From: an uncultured delta proteobacterium
GTDB lineage: Bacteria; Desulfobacterota; Binatia; UBA9968
Direction of reading: 5' to 3'
Length of the DNA stretch: 64,000 bases
Assembly: GCA_963728565.1 (NCBI GenBank)
Contig: CAVSLC010000022.1
Coordinates: forward strand, 32,495 to 96,494
Both the position numbers and the translations under genes were made by a program. Shown piece by piece: positions 21,936 to 33,337 of the stretch. The notes beneath the pieces were generated by a model that ran no database searches, was not told where the DNA came from, and saw only the letters and a list, made by a program, of their open reading frames with translations. Numbering within the stretch: the first letter of the stretch is position 1; every line of letters starts with the position of its first letter.

Positions 21936-23114
21936 ATGGCTAGTCAAGAGAAGCTACAAGATCAAGATGCCAAGAAGATCTCACGCCGGAACGTTCTCAA
22001 AGCGGCGGTTGTCGCGGGTGGCGCTGCGGCTCTCGGCTTCCCGATGATTGCCCGAGGCCAAACAGGGCCGGTCACAATGCGCTGGCAGAGCACGTGGCCG
22101 CAAAAAGACATTTTTCACGAGTTCGCCCTCGACTTCGCCAAGAAGGTCAACGACACGACCGGCGGCGATTTGAAGATCGAGGTCTTGCCTGCGGGCGCTG
22201 TAGTGCCGGCCTTCCAGCTTCTCGACGCGGTGTCGAAAGGCACACTCGACGGCGGCCATGGCGTGGTCGTGTACCATTATGGCAAGCAGACGGCCCTGGC
22301 GCTTTGGGGCTCGGGTCCGAGCTACGGGATGGATGCCAATATGATGCTTGCGTGGCACAAGTACGGTGGCGGCAAGGACTTGCTCGAAAAGCTCTACAAG
22401 TCCATCGGCGCCAACGTGGTCTCTTTCTTGTACGGCCCGATGCCGACTCAGCCGCTTGGCTGGTTCAAGAAGCCGATCACCAGGGCCGACGACATCAAGG
22501 GGCTCAAATTCCGCACCGTCGGCCTCTCGATTGACGTGTTCACGGGGTTGGGCGCGGCGGTGAACGCGCTCCCGGGCGGCGAGATCGTGCCGGCGATGGA
22601 CCGGGGACTGCTCGATGCCGCCGAGTTCAACAATGCGTCCTCGGATCGCCTCCTTGGCTTCCCTGACGTTTCCAAAGTTTGCATGTTGCAGAGCTACCAC
22701 CAGAACGCTGAGCAGTTTGAAATTTTGTTCAACAAGACGAAGTTCGATGCGCTGCCGGCGAAGATGAAGGCGCTGATCGAATCTACGGTGGAAGCCGCTT
22801 CGCAGGATATGTCGTGGAAGGCGATCGATCGCTACTCAAAAGATTATGTCGAGATGCAGGCCAAAGACAAAGTCAGATTTTACAGGACGCCGGACTCCGT
22901 GCTCCAGAGGCAACTCCAGGCATACGACGCCGCAGCCGACAAGAAGGCCGCCGAAAATCCAATGTTCAAGGAGATTACTGCGTCACAGCGGGTTTTTGCT
23001 GAGCGGGCGGTGAAGTGGGATTTGGACACTAACGTTGGTCGCCGCATGGCCTACAACCACTATTTTGCCAAAGCGGCCGGCAAAACCGCACCGGAAGGAA
23101 GTAAAAAGAGCTAA
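21936..23114 (+). CDS. TRAP transporter solute-binding protein, TakP-like, Tat-exported
   Basis: SRRNVLK Tat motif; WQSTWP, GWFKKPI, GLKFR, LPGGEI..RGLLDAAEF. Confidence 0.9.
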   Translation: MASQEKLQDQDAKKISRRNVLKAAVVAGGAAALGFPMIARGQTGPVTMRWQSTWPQKDIFHEFALDFAKKVNDTTGGDLKIEVLPAGAVVPAFQLLDAVSKGTLDGGHGVVVYHYGKQTALALWGSGPSYGMDANMMLAWHKYGGGKDLLEKLYKSIGANVVSFLYGPMPTQPLGWFKKPITRADDIKGLKFRTVGLSIDVFTGLGAAVNALPGGEIVPAMDRGLLDAAEFNNASSDRLLGFPDVSKVCMLQSYHQNAEQFEILFNKTKFDALPAKMKALIESTVEAASQDMSWKAIDRYSKDYVEMQAKDKVRFYRTPDSVLQRQLQAYDAAADKKAAENPMFKEITASQRVFAERAVKWDLDTNVGRRMAYNHYFAKAAGKTAPEGSKKS

Positions 23115-23185
23115 TTCTTCCGTGGATCGTATCCAGCTTCTCCATCAGCCATAATCTCGGGCTGATCCCTGGTGTTTTGTACACC

Positions 23186-23866
23186 GTGAATGCCTACCGA
23201 CTACTCCGAGCCATCGATCAACTCAGCTACTGGTCGGGCAAGGCTTTTGCCTGGCTGATCGTCGCGCTCACACTCGTTGTCTCGGTGGAGGTTTTCAAAC
23301 GCTACATCCTGAATGCTCCCACGGCCTGGATCTTCGACTTCAACAACATGCTTTATGGTACGCTGTTCATGATGTGCGGCGCTTACACCTTGTCGCTCAG
23401 TGGGCACGTGCGCGCCGACTTCATATACGCCCGGCTGTCGCCGAAGATGCAGGCGGCGCTGGACTTAGCACTTTATATACTTTTCTTTGTCCCAGGCATT
23501 CTGGCACTTATCTATGCCGGCTACGGTTACGCCGCCGAGTCGTGGCAGATCGGAGAGCACTCGACTGTGACCGCGGAGGGACCACCGGTTTATCACTTCA
23601 AGTCCGTGATCCCGATCGCCGGCGCGCTGGTGATGCTCCAGGGTGTCGCAGAGATCGCGCGTTGCATCCTGTGCTTGCGCACCGGCACCTGGCCGGCGCG
23701 ATTGGAAGATGTCGAAGAAATAGACGTCGTCGGCGGACAGCTTGCTCACAGCGAGTTTGTCGACGAAGAGTCGCGCCGCGCTGCGGCCGGATCGGCACAC
23801 GCGCTGGACGAAGCCGCGCGCCAGCGCACCCTGGTGGATGAAAGAAAGGACGGCAAGGGTGAGTGA
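23186..23866 (+). CDS. TRAP small permease (DctQ family)
   Basis: 4 TM, GHVRAD motif. Confidence 0.88.
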   Translation: MNAYRLLRAIDQLSYWSGKAFAWLIVALTLVVSVEVFKRYILNAPTAWIFDFNNMLYGTLFMMCGAYTLSLSGHVRADFIYARLSPKMQAALDLALYILFFVPGILALIYAGYGYAAESWQIGEHSTVTAEGPPVYHFKSVIPIAGALVMLQGVAEIARCILCLRTGTWPARLEDVEEIDVVGGQLAHSEFVDEESRRAAAGSAHALDEAARQRTLVDERKDGKGE

Positions 23867-25899
23867 CCCAGCGCTCGGATTGACCATGCTTGGGCTCATC
23901 GTGATCGCGATCATGATGGGCTTTCCAACCGCCTTCACCTTAATGGGGCTGGGGATGCTCTTTGGCTTTCTCGCTTTTTGGACTCCTTCACAGCACTGGT
24001 ACGACAATCAGGTCTTCGATCTCATGGTGCAGCGCACGTATGGTGTGATGACCAATGATACTTTGCTGTCTGTGCCGCTCTTCGTTTTCATGGGCTACAT
24101 TATGGAGCGCGCCGCTCTGGTCGACCGAATGTTTCATAGCGTCCAGCTTGCGTTTCGGCGAGTGCCCGCCTCGCTCGCCGTGACCACCTTGCTGGTGTGC
24201 GCCTTTTGGGGAATCGCTTCGGGCATCGTCGGCGCGGTGGTGGTTCTGATGGGAGTGATCGCCATGCGTCCGATGCTGAATGCCGGTTACGACGTACGGC
24301 TCGCGTCGGGTGCAATCACGGCGGGCGGCACGCTGGGTATTTTGATTCCGCCCTCGGTGATGCTCATTGTCTATGCGGCGGTGGCCGGAGAGTCGATCGT
24401 CAAGCTCTATGCGGCGGCAATGCTGCCCGGGTTTTTCCTAACGTTCCTCTATCTCGCCTTCATTCTCGGCTGGGCAATCATCAATCCGAAGATTGCGCCT
24501 AAGTTGCCGCTGGAACAGTATCGGATCGCGACGCCGCAATGGCTCCGACGGCTCGAACGTGGTTCGGCCCGACGGATCGTTGCCGGTCTCCTCGCCGCCA
24601 TGTTTCGACCGAAATTGTTGCACGGCGCGACTTCACCCGACGGTCATCGGATAACCTATGGTCTGATCGTCAAAAACGTCCTGACGCTGATGGTTCCGGC
24701 AGTATTGACGATCGGAATGTTTGCTACCGCCTGGTGGTATGTCGTCATCTATAACGCTCCCAGTACCGCCGTCGCTCCGGAGAACGGGGCTGCGCAACCG
24801 CTGAACTTGCCGCCAGCTGCTTTGGAGAGGCCGCAGGAAACGCCGCAGGAAAAATTGCAAGAGCTCGGAGGGCCACCAACCGCGTCGGAGTTCTCCGAAT
24901 CGCCTCTGCTCCCGGACGGGCCGCCTCAGGAAATGGGCTCACTGGCCGAGCCGCCAGGCGCATCGGCCACCCGCAAAACTCCGGAATATTTCTATCTCGT
25001 GTTCTGGGGAATGGCGGCTTTTTCGACGATTCTTCTTGCCATCTACTATTGGCGTATGGATGGCGAGCAGCTCGAGATATTGAAGGAACTGGTCGTCTCG
25101 GTAGTGCCGCTGGGAGTGCTGACGGTGGTGGTGCTCGCAGTGATTTTGTTCGGCATCACTACGGCCACCGAATCGGCTGCAGTGGGAGCGCTCGGAGCTC
25201 TCTATCTTGCGGTGATGGCCAAATACCCGCGCCACGTTTGGTCCTGGAGTCTGGTCGGAGCCAGTTATTGGGGTGATCCTCAGCTGGCCGCGCGGCGGCG
25301 TGGTGACTGTGCTCGTCTCGGGTTCTCTTGGAGGCGTATTCGCCGGAACGCTCGTTCCCTGGTTTTGGGGGCTGAGAAGGTCCAAGCAGCTCTGGCAAAA
25401 TCTCAAAGAATCGGTTTTCCTGACTGCGAAGACCACGGCTATGGTCTGCTGGCTCTTCATTGGCTCGGCGCTTTTCTCCGGTGTCTTTGCGCTTCATGGC
25501 GGACAGGCGCTCATCGAACGCTGGGTTCTGGGGATGAACCTCTCTCCCGTCGGTTTTTTGATCATGGCGCAATTGATTATATTTCTACTTGGCTGGCCGC
25601 TCGAGTGGACTGAGATCATCGTTATCTTCTGTCCGATTTTCATACCGCTGCTCGGCCATTTTAACGTCGATCCGATTTTGTTCGGCACCATGGTAGCGGT
25701 TAATTTGCAAGCGGCCTTTTTGTCGCCCCCCGTGGCGATGTCAGCCTTTTATCTGAAGGGGGTTGCGCCGAAGCACGTCACTCTCAACCAGATTTTTGCC
25801 GGCATGATGCCGTACATGCTGATTGTCCTTCTGTGCCTGGTGTGCATGTACATCTGGCCGGGCATGACGCTCTGGCTGCCCGAATTCCTGTATGGTTAG
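23859..25899 (+). CDS. TRAP large permease (DctM family) with internal Pro-rich insertion (frameshift near 25270)
   Basis: VPLFVFMG, GTLGILIPPS, TATESAAVG, FLSPPVAMSAFYLKG. Confidence 0.88.
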
Positions 25900-26044
25900 T
25901 GCAGGTGCAACTGACTTCGCTATACCGCGTTCTCGGTCGTCGCCGATCCTCAGCGTACTAACAACGTACGCTTCCGGTGCGGCTTCTTCCTCGGGCCTTG
26001 TCTGGCTCGTCATTTGTATCTGCACGATCGCTGAGAAATATAGG

Positions 26045-27385
26045 ATGGAACTAACCGATCTTCACTTGCTCTCGGCTTCGGAGGCTGCCCGTTTGATCCG
26101 TGACGGCATCATCAGCTCGGAGCAGCTGGTCGAGGCTTGTCTAGCGCGCATACGCGAAGTGGAGCCGCGAGTTCAGGCCTGGGCGTTTCTCGATGCGGAC
26201 TATGCACTGACACAGGCGCGTTCCCGCGATGAGCTGCGTTTATCGGGCGGAGCAATCGGTCCGCTGCACGGCGTTCCGATTGGCCTTAAAGATATTTTCG
26301 ACACGACAGACATGCCGACGGAATGCGGTTCGGTGCTATACGCCGGGCGAACTCCGTCGCGCGACGCGACCGTGACGGCCATGTTGCGCGCCGCAGGCGC
26401 GGTGATCATGGGGAAAACCGTGACCACCGAGTTTGCCTACTTCTCACCCGGTAAAACGCGCAACCCGCATAATCTTGAACATACTCCCGGGGGATCCTCC
26501 AGCGGTTCAGCAGCCGCGGTGGCGGCAAGCATGGTGCCGCTGGCGCTGGGAAGCCAAACCAACGGTTCAACCATTCGTCCCGCGGCGTATTGCGGTGTGA
26601 TCGGGTTCAAGCCGACCCACGGTCTGATTTCTCGCCATGGCGCCTTGGCCCTCTCGCGCACCCTCGATCATGTCGGCCTGTTCGCTAATTCGCTTGACGA
26701 CATCGCTCTCCTCGCCGAACAAATCGTCCGGTACGACGAGAACGATCCCGACACGAGGCCTCGGGCGCATCTCCCATTTGCCGGGATCACCGCGGAAGAG
26801 CCGCCGTTACCGCCGATGTTCGCATTCATCAAAACGCCTCATTGGCAATGCGCCGACGAAGAAACCCGAGAAGGATTCGCCGAGATCATTGAACATCTCG
26901 GTAGTCAGGTCGAAGAAGTCGAATTATTTGCTTCGGCGGGGGACGCTTGGCAGTGGCACCAGAGTATCATGAGCGCCGAAATGGCTTACAATCTCGAGCG
27001 CGAATGGAGGATCGGCGGGGCTCGTCTATCGGAACAACTGCGGGTGCAGATCGAGGGCGGACGCGAAGTGCGCGCGGCGGAGTATCTTGACGCGCTCAGG
27101 CGCATAAGGTTGCTCAATGACAGTTTCATCGAGCTTTTCGAACAGCGCTATGACGCAATTCTCACTCCTGCCGCACCGAGCGCGGCGCCGAAAGGTCTGG
27201 CCAGTACCGGCGATCCGTCGTTCTGCACGCTCTGGACCTTCTGCGGCATGCCCGCGCTGAGTTTGCCGTTGTTGCAGAGCAGTGCCGGCATGCCTCTCGG
27301 TGTTCAACTCGTCGGTCCCCGTTACGGTGATGCGCGATTGTTGCGAACGGCGCGCTGGCTGGCGGCGAAAGTTGCAACGTCTTGA
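26045..27385 (+). CDS. Amidase (amidase signature family)
   Basis: GPLHGVPIGLKD, TPGGSSSGSAAAVA, GSQTNGSTIRPA. Confidence 0.92.
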   Translation: MELTDLHLLSASEAARLIRDGIISSEQLVEACLARIREVEPRVQAWAFLDADYALTQARSRDELRLSGGAIGPLHGVPIGLKDIFDTTDMPTECGSVLYAGRTPSRDATVTAMLRAAGAVIMGKTVTTEFAYFSPGKTRNPHNLEHTPGGSSSGSAAAVAASMVPLALGSQTNGSTIRPAAYCGVIGFKPTHGLISRHGALALSRTLDHVGLFANSLDDIALLAEQIVRYDENDPDTRPRAHLPFAGITAEEPPLPPMFAFIKTPHWQCADEETREGFAEIIEHLGSQVEEVELFASAGDAWQWHQSIMSAEMAYNLEREWRIGGARLSEQLRVQIEGGREVRAAEYLDALRRIRLLNDSFIELFEQRYDAILTPAAPSAAPKGLASTGDPSFCTLWTFCGMPALSLPLLQSSAGMPLGVQLVGPRYGDARLLRTARWLAAKVATS

Positions 27386-27595
27386 GCATTATCATTTCGG
27401 ATGGGGACCGGCTGGTCGCCGCTAACTAATCTAATCTAAAGATTCGTTTTTGTATGCGATTCGTCCGGTGTCGGACCTCGGAACGAACCTTAGTCTTTGG
27501 CAAAGCTCGATGGTAACGGCGGCACCAGATCGGTCAAAGCCAACGTCGACTAGAAGGGCAAGGGCAATTGAGTTCGATAATCCAAAATCGCACGC

Positions 27596-28874
27596 CTACC
27601 AGTTCACCAGTTCGACCAAGCCGAGGCTGATCCATGGAACATAGGTGACTAGCAGAGTAACCAAAACGAGAACGACCGTGAACGGCCAACCCGCTTTGAA
27701 GACCTCCCAGAAGGGCAAACGCGCGATGGTAGCGACGGTGAAGAGCACGGTGGCGACGGGCGGGGTCTGCTGGCCGACGCCGAGGTTGATCGTCACGATA
27801 ATACCGAAGTGGATCGGGTCCACGCCGATCTGGCGAATCAGCGGCATGACGATGGGAACGATCAGAATAATCGCCGCTGCCGAGTGGAGAAACATCCCGG
27901 CAATGAAGAAAGAAAATGTTTAAAAAGAGCAGTATCAAGTATCTGTTCGATGTCGTCTCAAGGATCATGCGAGCAAACTTCTGCGGAATCTGCTCACTCG
28001 TCAGAAACCACCCGAGCACGGCAGATGACGCGACGATCAACATGACCACGGCGGTCTGTCCGCTTGAATCATTCACGACGCGGGTGATCTCGCGCACCGG
28101 CAGCTCGCGGTAGAGTAAGGCGCCAATGATTAATGCCGCGACTACAGACAGCGCGGCCACCTCGGTGGCGGTGGCGATGCCGAGAAAGATGCCGCCCCAG
28201 ATCACAATCGGAATCAAAAGTGCCCAGAATGCTCGAACGGTAGCTTTTCCGACCTCGTTTAAAGAGAATTTCTGCTCTACCGGTAAATCTAATTTGCGCG
28301 CGTAATAGTAGCTGAGCCCCATCATGCTTGCGCAAGCGATAAAGCCGGGGAGAAAACCCGCAAAAAAGAGCTTGGCTACTGACACCTCGGCCATCCAGGC
28401 ATAGATGATCATAGGAATGGAAGGGGGGATGAGAATGGCAGCCGAGGCAGCGTTGGAAACGATGGCCGCGCTTAGCGCCCTTGGATAACCCCGCTTCTCC
28501 ATGGCAGGGATCACAACGTTTCCGATCGCAGCCGCGTCAGCGACCGATGATCCCGAGATCTCGCTCTGAATCATCGTCGCCACCACAGTCACCATCGCAA
28601 GTCCGCCGCGGATAAACCCGACAAAACTATTGGCTAGGTTCACGAGCCGCAGCGAGATGCCCGAAGTCTCCATCAGGCCGCCGGCCAAGATGAAGAGCGG
28701 AATCGCGAGTAACGGAAAACTCGACGCCCCGGAAAAAAGATTTAGCGGGACGACGCTGAGCGATGCGGTTCCCTTCCAGAGAAGAAACAGAATGGTGGTG
28801 ATCGAAAGGCCGAACCCGATCGGGACGTTGAAGACCGTGAGGAGAATGATTACTCCGAGGATGAGCCACTCCAC
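27596..28874 (-). CDS. TRAP large permease DctM (frameshift near 27915)
   Basis: LLAIPLFILAG, SGSSVAD, LIPPSIP, GVDPIHFG, QTPPV. Confidence 0.88.
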
Positions 28875-29365
28875 GCCGCTTCAGCTCCTTTCCCAGTCGC
28901 GTTGCCGAAGAGAAGATGATGCAGTCGCTCAAGGCTGATAAGGAGCATGAGCCCACCGGCAATAGGGAGCACGCTGTAGACCCACGCCATTTTGACCCAA
29001 GGAAGCGAAACCGCAGTCTCGTTGCCCATCTTCTGCGTGAGGGTCCATCCATAGTAGAAAAGCACAATTTGGAATCCCAAGACGAAGAGCTCGGCGATAA
29101 CGTCGGCCATCCTTCTGGTGTTCGGCATGAACCGATTTACCACCAAGTCAAATCCGATATGTCGGCCACGGTAAGAGGCCGCCACCGCTCCGTAGAAGGT
29201 CAGCCAGACCAGCAGGTAGGAAGCGAACTCGTCATACCAGGCAAGAGATGCGCCGAGGACGTAGCGGAAGAAGACCCCCATGAAAACCACGACGACCATC
29301 AAGACCAGCAGGAACATCGACCACCAGTCGAGAACGCTGATCAATCGATCGAAGATTCGCCGCAT
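28850..29365 (-). CDS. TRAP small permease DctQ
   Basis: VFFRYVLG, WYDEFASYLLVW, HIGFD. Confidence 0.88.
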   Translation of the reverse strand: MRRIFDRLISVLDWWSMFLLVLMVVVVFMGVFFRYVLGASLAWYDEFASYLLVWLTFYGAVAASYRGRHIGFDLVVNRFMPNTRRMADVIAELFVLGFQIVLFYYGWTLTQKMGNETAVSLPWVKMAWVYSVLPIAGGLMLLISLERLHHLLFGNATGKGAEAAWSGSSSE

Positions 29366-29449
29366 GGATTGCTCCAGTTTAAATTTTTGATCTTGCGTAT
29401 CGAGTTCTAAATGCCAGGTTCTAAGACCCACGGTGCGAATATTTTTGCT

Positions 29450-30428
29450 TCAGCGCAGCGACTGGACTACCTTGATGAGATCTGTCCCGCCGGCGACTTC
29501 TTTACCAAATTCTTCGTAGATCGCCGCCGAGCGCCTTAATGAAAGCTTCTTTGTCGGCTTCGTTTACCTTCATTGGCGGGGAAAGTTTGCCCATCAGTTC
29601 CTTATCCAGCCGTTCGCCCTCAGAGCGGGCAAAGTCCCCGAGGTCCCAGGCGATCTTGACGAGCGTGCTCTGGATATCTTTAGGCAGCTTTGACCACACA
29701 TCTTCGCCAATCACCAGATAAGCAGGTGTATAGACATGGCCGGTCAACGAAAGAAATTTTTGCACTTCGTAAAATTTCGCGGAGGCGATTTGTGGGAACG
29801 GGTTTTCCTGCGCGTCCATGACGCCGGACTGCAGTGCCGAATAGACTTCCGCCAAGGGCATGGGCGACGGATTCGCCCCGTAGTCTTTAAACATCTTTAC
29901 CCGCCAGACTCCGCCGGGCACTCTCAACTTGATCCCTTTCAAATCCTCTGGCTTTATGATCGGCCGTACATTGTTGGTGATATGGCGAAAGCCGTTCTCC
30001 CATACCCCCAGGACCCTGATTCCTTTTGTCGGCAGGCCGCCGAAGAGCTGGTCCTGCACCTGTTTGTTCTCAGCCACTTTCTTCATATGGGCTCGGCTGA
30101 CAATGAGGTAGGGCATCTCGAAGACGCCGAATTTGGCATCCATGGTGCTCATGACCGTTGAGGGCGCCACCATCTCCGGGGCGCCAACCTTGATGCCTCG
30201 CATCATCTGCTCGTCGCTGCCGAGCTGGCTTGAATGAAAGACCTTGACCTCTAATTTACCTTTGAGCGCAGCGTTGACTCGCCTGGCATATTCATCAGTC
30301 GTCACGGCGAAGAGCGAGCCGGGAAAACCGACGTGACCCAGGCGCAACGTTGTTGTCTGCGCCAGGGACGCTTGAGCCCATATACTGAACAAGGTCATCA
30401 CAAGAATAGTGATCAATGTCCGCTTCAT
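29450..30428 (-). CDS. TRAP solute-binding protein DctP (frameshift near 29530)
   Basis: Signal peptide; WENGFRHIT, DLKGIKLRV, EVYSALQSGVMDAQENP. Confidence 0.9.
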
Positions 30429-30479
30429 CTCGTTTCTCCTTTTCGCCATGTCCAGCTTACGGCTAGAGTTATTGAAGCC

Positions 30480-31183
30480 TTATCGAAGCTTGGTCCGTGC
30501 CTCGATCAGGATGGTTTCAGCCCGCCTGATGTTGAACACCCCGCAGCTGCAAAATCGCGCCATCGTGCGCGCGACTTCCGCCGCGCCGCGCCGATTTTCC
30601 TTGACCCAATCGATCATCTTTTTGGCGAAAGTGGCGGATACCATGCATGACCGCACATGGTCGTGAGCTCAAGAACAGTGGCGTCCGGCAAACGGTCCAC
30701 TCGCCCGCAAAACCCCAGAGAGTATTCTACGCTATGACGGGTAATCCCGGTGTCACGGCAACAACGGACCGCATCTTCAATGGGCGCGCTGATGTTCACC
30801 GAGATGCCTAAGTTTGCGCGCTGGACGTCGTCGACGAAGGCCTTCATATTCTGATAGCTGTCAAAGACCGCTGCCGCCGTCGTGTGGCCCTCAATACCCG
30901 CGATCACTTCTTCGGGGTTGGATCGATGATCGCGCCTCCAGTGGGCTTTCGGATTCAGATCTTGCTTTGGTCGAAGCATGCCGCCTTTGGCAGCGTCGCC
31001 GATGTTCACGGGATGATGCTTCAGTGCGAGGCGCAAAAAAGTGCGATACTTTTCAACCAGACCGTCGTCGTTAATGCCGCGGCTCGCCATCGCGAAGACG
31101 ATGAAATCGTCGGCAACCGGCGCCGGGTTCGCCGGCTTCTCAGAGGCATAGTGCTCGCTGTAGCGATGCAGCGTGTTGGTCAT
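30480..31183 (-). CDS. Conserved hypothetical protein with Cys motifs (frameshift near 30645)
   Basis: MTNTLHR start; reconstructed C-terminus TTMCGHGMVS...RFCSCGVFN...KLR. Confidence 0.75.
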
Positions 31184-31241
31184 TACGAATCATTCCAAAA
31201 GGACAAGCGCAGCTCGCAATTGATTTTGCATTTCTCAATTT

Positions 31242-32060
31242 TCATTCTGCGTTTTGACTTTGAGTCCTGACTCGCCCCAGCCCCAGATTGGTTTTTCCCC
31301 GATAGGTGGGATAGCCTTCACGTTCCAAAATCTCCCGCAACGTTTCTTCGCCACCGCCGTCGCAGCGCGTCGACACTCCGACGCTGATCACCGTATCTAC
31401 TTCGCGGGACAGCTCTTTGATCTTTCTCAAGATCCAAGGCACTTCTGCCAATCTCGTTTTGATCTCCACGATTGCCGAAAGAACCTTCTCGTTGAGGATC
31501 TCCGGCCGGATGACACCACGCGACGAGTCGGTCATGAGCGTGATAACGGGATTATTGCTTTCGAATTCCACGCCCAACTCGGCTAGAGCGCGGGTAACTC
31601 GCTCGATGTCGCGAAAACGAGCGCCGACTCCCGGCCGGCCGAATTCAATGACAAATCCTGCGTCACCCGCCTTCACCCGATTGGTTACGTCGTTGGTTTT
31701 GACCTCAGCGGTGCCGCGCCCGTGGATGCCGGTGGACTCGTGTGGCACTTGAGGGTCGGAGAAGGCGCGCCGGACGACTCTTGGCCAGGTCAACTCCTCC
31801 GGGATGATCGCATCCGTCGGGCAAATGTCCGGCTCCGGGTCGAAGCGAAAGCGGAAAAATTGCGCCGTCTTGCGAATCGCTCGCACAAACATCGGGTTCA
31901 AGTGTTCTTTCGACATGCCTCGATAGCAAGTAAAGCATTCGACGCACTCGTCGGCGTTGATGCGTGCCCGGCTGGTCGACGGTTCAATGTAAATCGCGCC
32001 CATCGGACACACCGGTAAGCAATTGCCGCAGGCAACGCACTTGTCAGGATCGATCCTCAT
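31242..32060 (-). CDS. 4Fe-4S dicluster-domain protein with uncharacterised C-terminal domain
   Basis: CVACGNCLPVCP, CVECFTC...ICPTDAI; GRGTAEVKTNDVT and EFGRPGVG. Confidence 0.85.
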   Translation of the reverse strand: MRIDPDKCVACGNCLPVCPMGAIYIEPSTSRARINADECVECFTCYRGMSKEHLNPMFVRAIRKTAQFFRFRFDPEPDICPTDAIIPEELTWPRVVRRAFSDPQVPHESTGIHGRGTAEVKTNDVTNRVKAGDAGFVIEFGRPGVGARFRDIERVTRALAELGVEFESNNPVITLMTDSSRGVIRPEILNEKVLSAIVEIKTRLAEVPWILRKIKELSREVDTVISVGVSTRCDGGGEETLREILEREGYPTYRGKTNLGLGRVRTQSQNAE

Positions 32061-33241
32061 AACGGCGATCGTCTCATGGCGGTTTCCAGGAGATATGTCT
32101 CAGCTGCCGCAAGTCCGGCTCCTAGCGGAATCTTTACGCCGAAGCTCTTCAGCGCCATTTCAATTCCAGCCAAGACGCCCAAAAGTTCAAGCTCATTGAG
32201 GCTGCCCAGATGACCGATGCGAAAAAGTTTTCCTTTTACTTTGCCGAGCCCCTTGCCGAGGGGGAGATCGACGAGTTTAAGCGTGTGATCGATGAACGCA
32301 TCGGAGTCGAGCCCCTCAGTCATCGCGACGGCGGTCAACGTATTGGAATATTCCGTGGCATTTCGCGCGAAGAGTTTAAGCCCTGTCGCTTCGACAGCTC
32401 TGCGGCAGGCTTCGGCGAGCCGTGCGTGGCGGAGGAAAACATTCTCAAGCCCTTCTTCGAAGAGCATTTTGAGACTTTCGTTTAGACCCAACAGCAAGGA
32501 GGTTGCCGGGGTATATGGAAAGTTGCCGTTGGCGTTGCTCTCCAGTACCGCTTGCCAGTCCCAAAACGAGCGCGCGCATTTGGCCGATCGGTTCGCCTGA
32601 AGCGCTTTCTCGCTCACGGCGAGAACCGCCATGCCGGGCGGCAGCATGAGCCCTTTCTGCGCCGCGGTGAGGGCGACGTCCAGCCGCCATTCGTCGAAGC
32701 GCAGCTCCGTGCATCCTAGCGAGCTAACCACGTCGGCCAGCAGCAGGGCGGGGTGGGCCGCAGCATCAATGGCATCGCGAACGGCTGTAAGGCTGCTCGT
32801 AACTCCGGTGGATGTTTCAGTTTGGACGACCAGGACCGCCTTGATTTGGCGCTCTTTGTCTAGACGCAGGCGCTCCTCAATCGCGCTAGCCGGGACGCCG
32901 GCGCCGTAGTCGACTTCCAACCTCTGAACATTCACTCCGTGGGATGTGGCAGTGCGACAATATAGATCGCTGAAGTGGCCGTTCACACAACCCAGCACTT
33001 GGTCACCGGGAGACAGCGTATTGACGATGCAGGATTCCCAACCTCCTGTGCCCGAGCCGGGGAAGAGGAGGATTTTACCTCGAGCGGTTTGAAACAGCTT
33101 TTTCAGGCCCTCGAGCACCTCGCCCAGAAGCACGGCAAACTGAGGGCCGCGGTGGTCAATCAGCGGCTGGGACATAGCCCGAATCACGCGCTCCGGCACG
33201 ATGCTCGGACCAGGGATCTGAAGAAACGTGCGCCCGGACAT
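32057..33241 (-). CDS. Class V aminotransferase (alanine/serine-glyoxylate aminotransferase-like)
   Basis: FLQIPGP, SGTGGWE, ETSTGV, DVVSSLG, AQKGLMLPPG, FRIGHLG. Confidence 0.92.
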   Translation of the reverse strand: MSGRTFLQIPGPSIVPERVIRAMSQPLIDHRGPQFAVLLGEVLEGLKKLFQTARGKILLFPGSGTGGWESCIVNTLSPGDQVLGCVNGHFSDLYCRTATSHGVNVQRLEVDYGAGVPASAIEERLRLDKERQIKAVLVVQTETSTGVTSSLTAVRDAIDAAAHPALLLADVVSSLGCTELRFDEWRLDVALTAAQKGLMLPPGMAVLAVSEKALQANRSAKCARSFWDWQAVLESNANGNFPYTPATSLLLGLNESLKMLFEEGLENVFLRHARLAEACRRAVEATGLKLFARNATEYSNTLTAVAMTEGLDSDAFIDHTLKLVDLPLGKGLGKVKGKLFRIGHLGSLNELELLGVLAGIEMALKSFGVKIPLGAGLAAAETYLLETAMRRSPL

Positions 33242-33252
33242 AAGATCCGCGA

Positions 33253-33282
33253 ACACTACCTAAACTCTGTCACTGATGTCAA
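33253..33282 (-). promoter_or_regulatory. Sigma70-type promoter, near-leaderless transcript
   Basis: TTGACA-N18-TAGTGT ending 11 nt before the ATG; no Shine-Dalgarno sequence. Confidence 0.5.
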
Positions 33283-33337
33283 GCGATTTTCGCCGGTGAT
33301 GTGACTATGTTCGGGCGAATCGCAAATTGCCCCGCGC

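Noticed and set aside
31205-31265. Low-complexity attttgc/attttca-like stretch
   Set aside because: Too short and degenerate to call a tandem repeat with any function.
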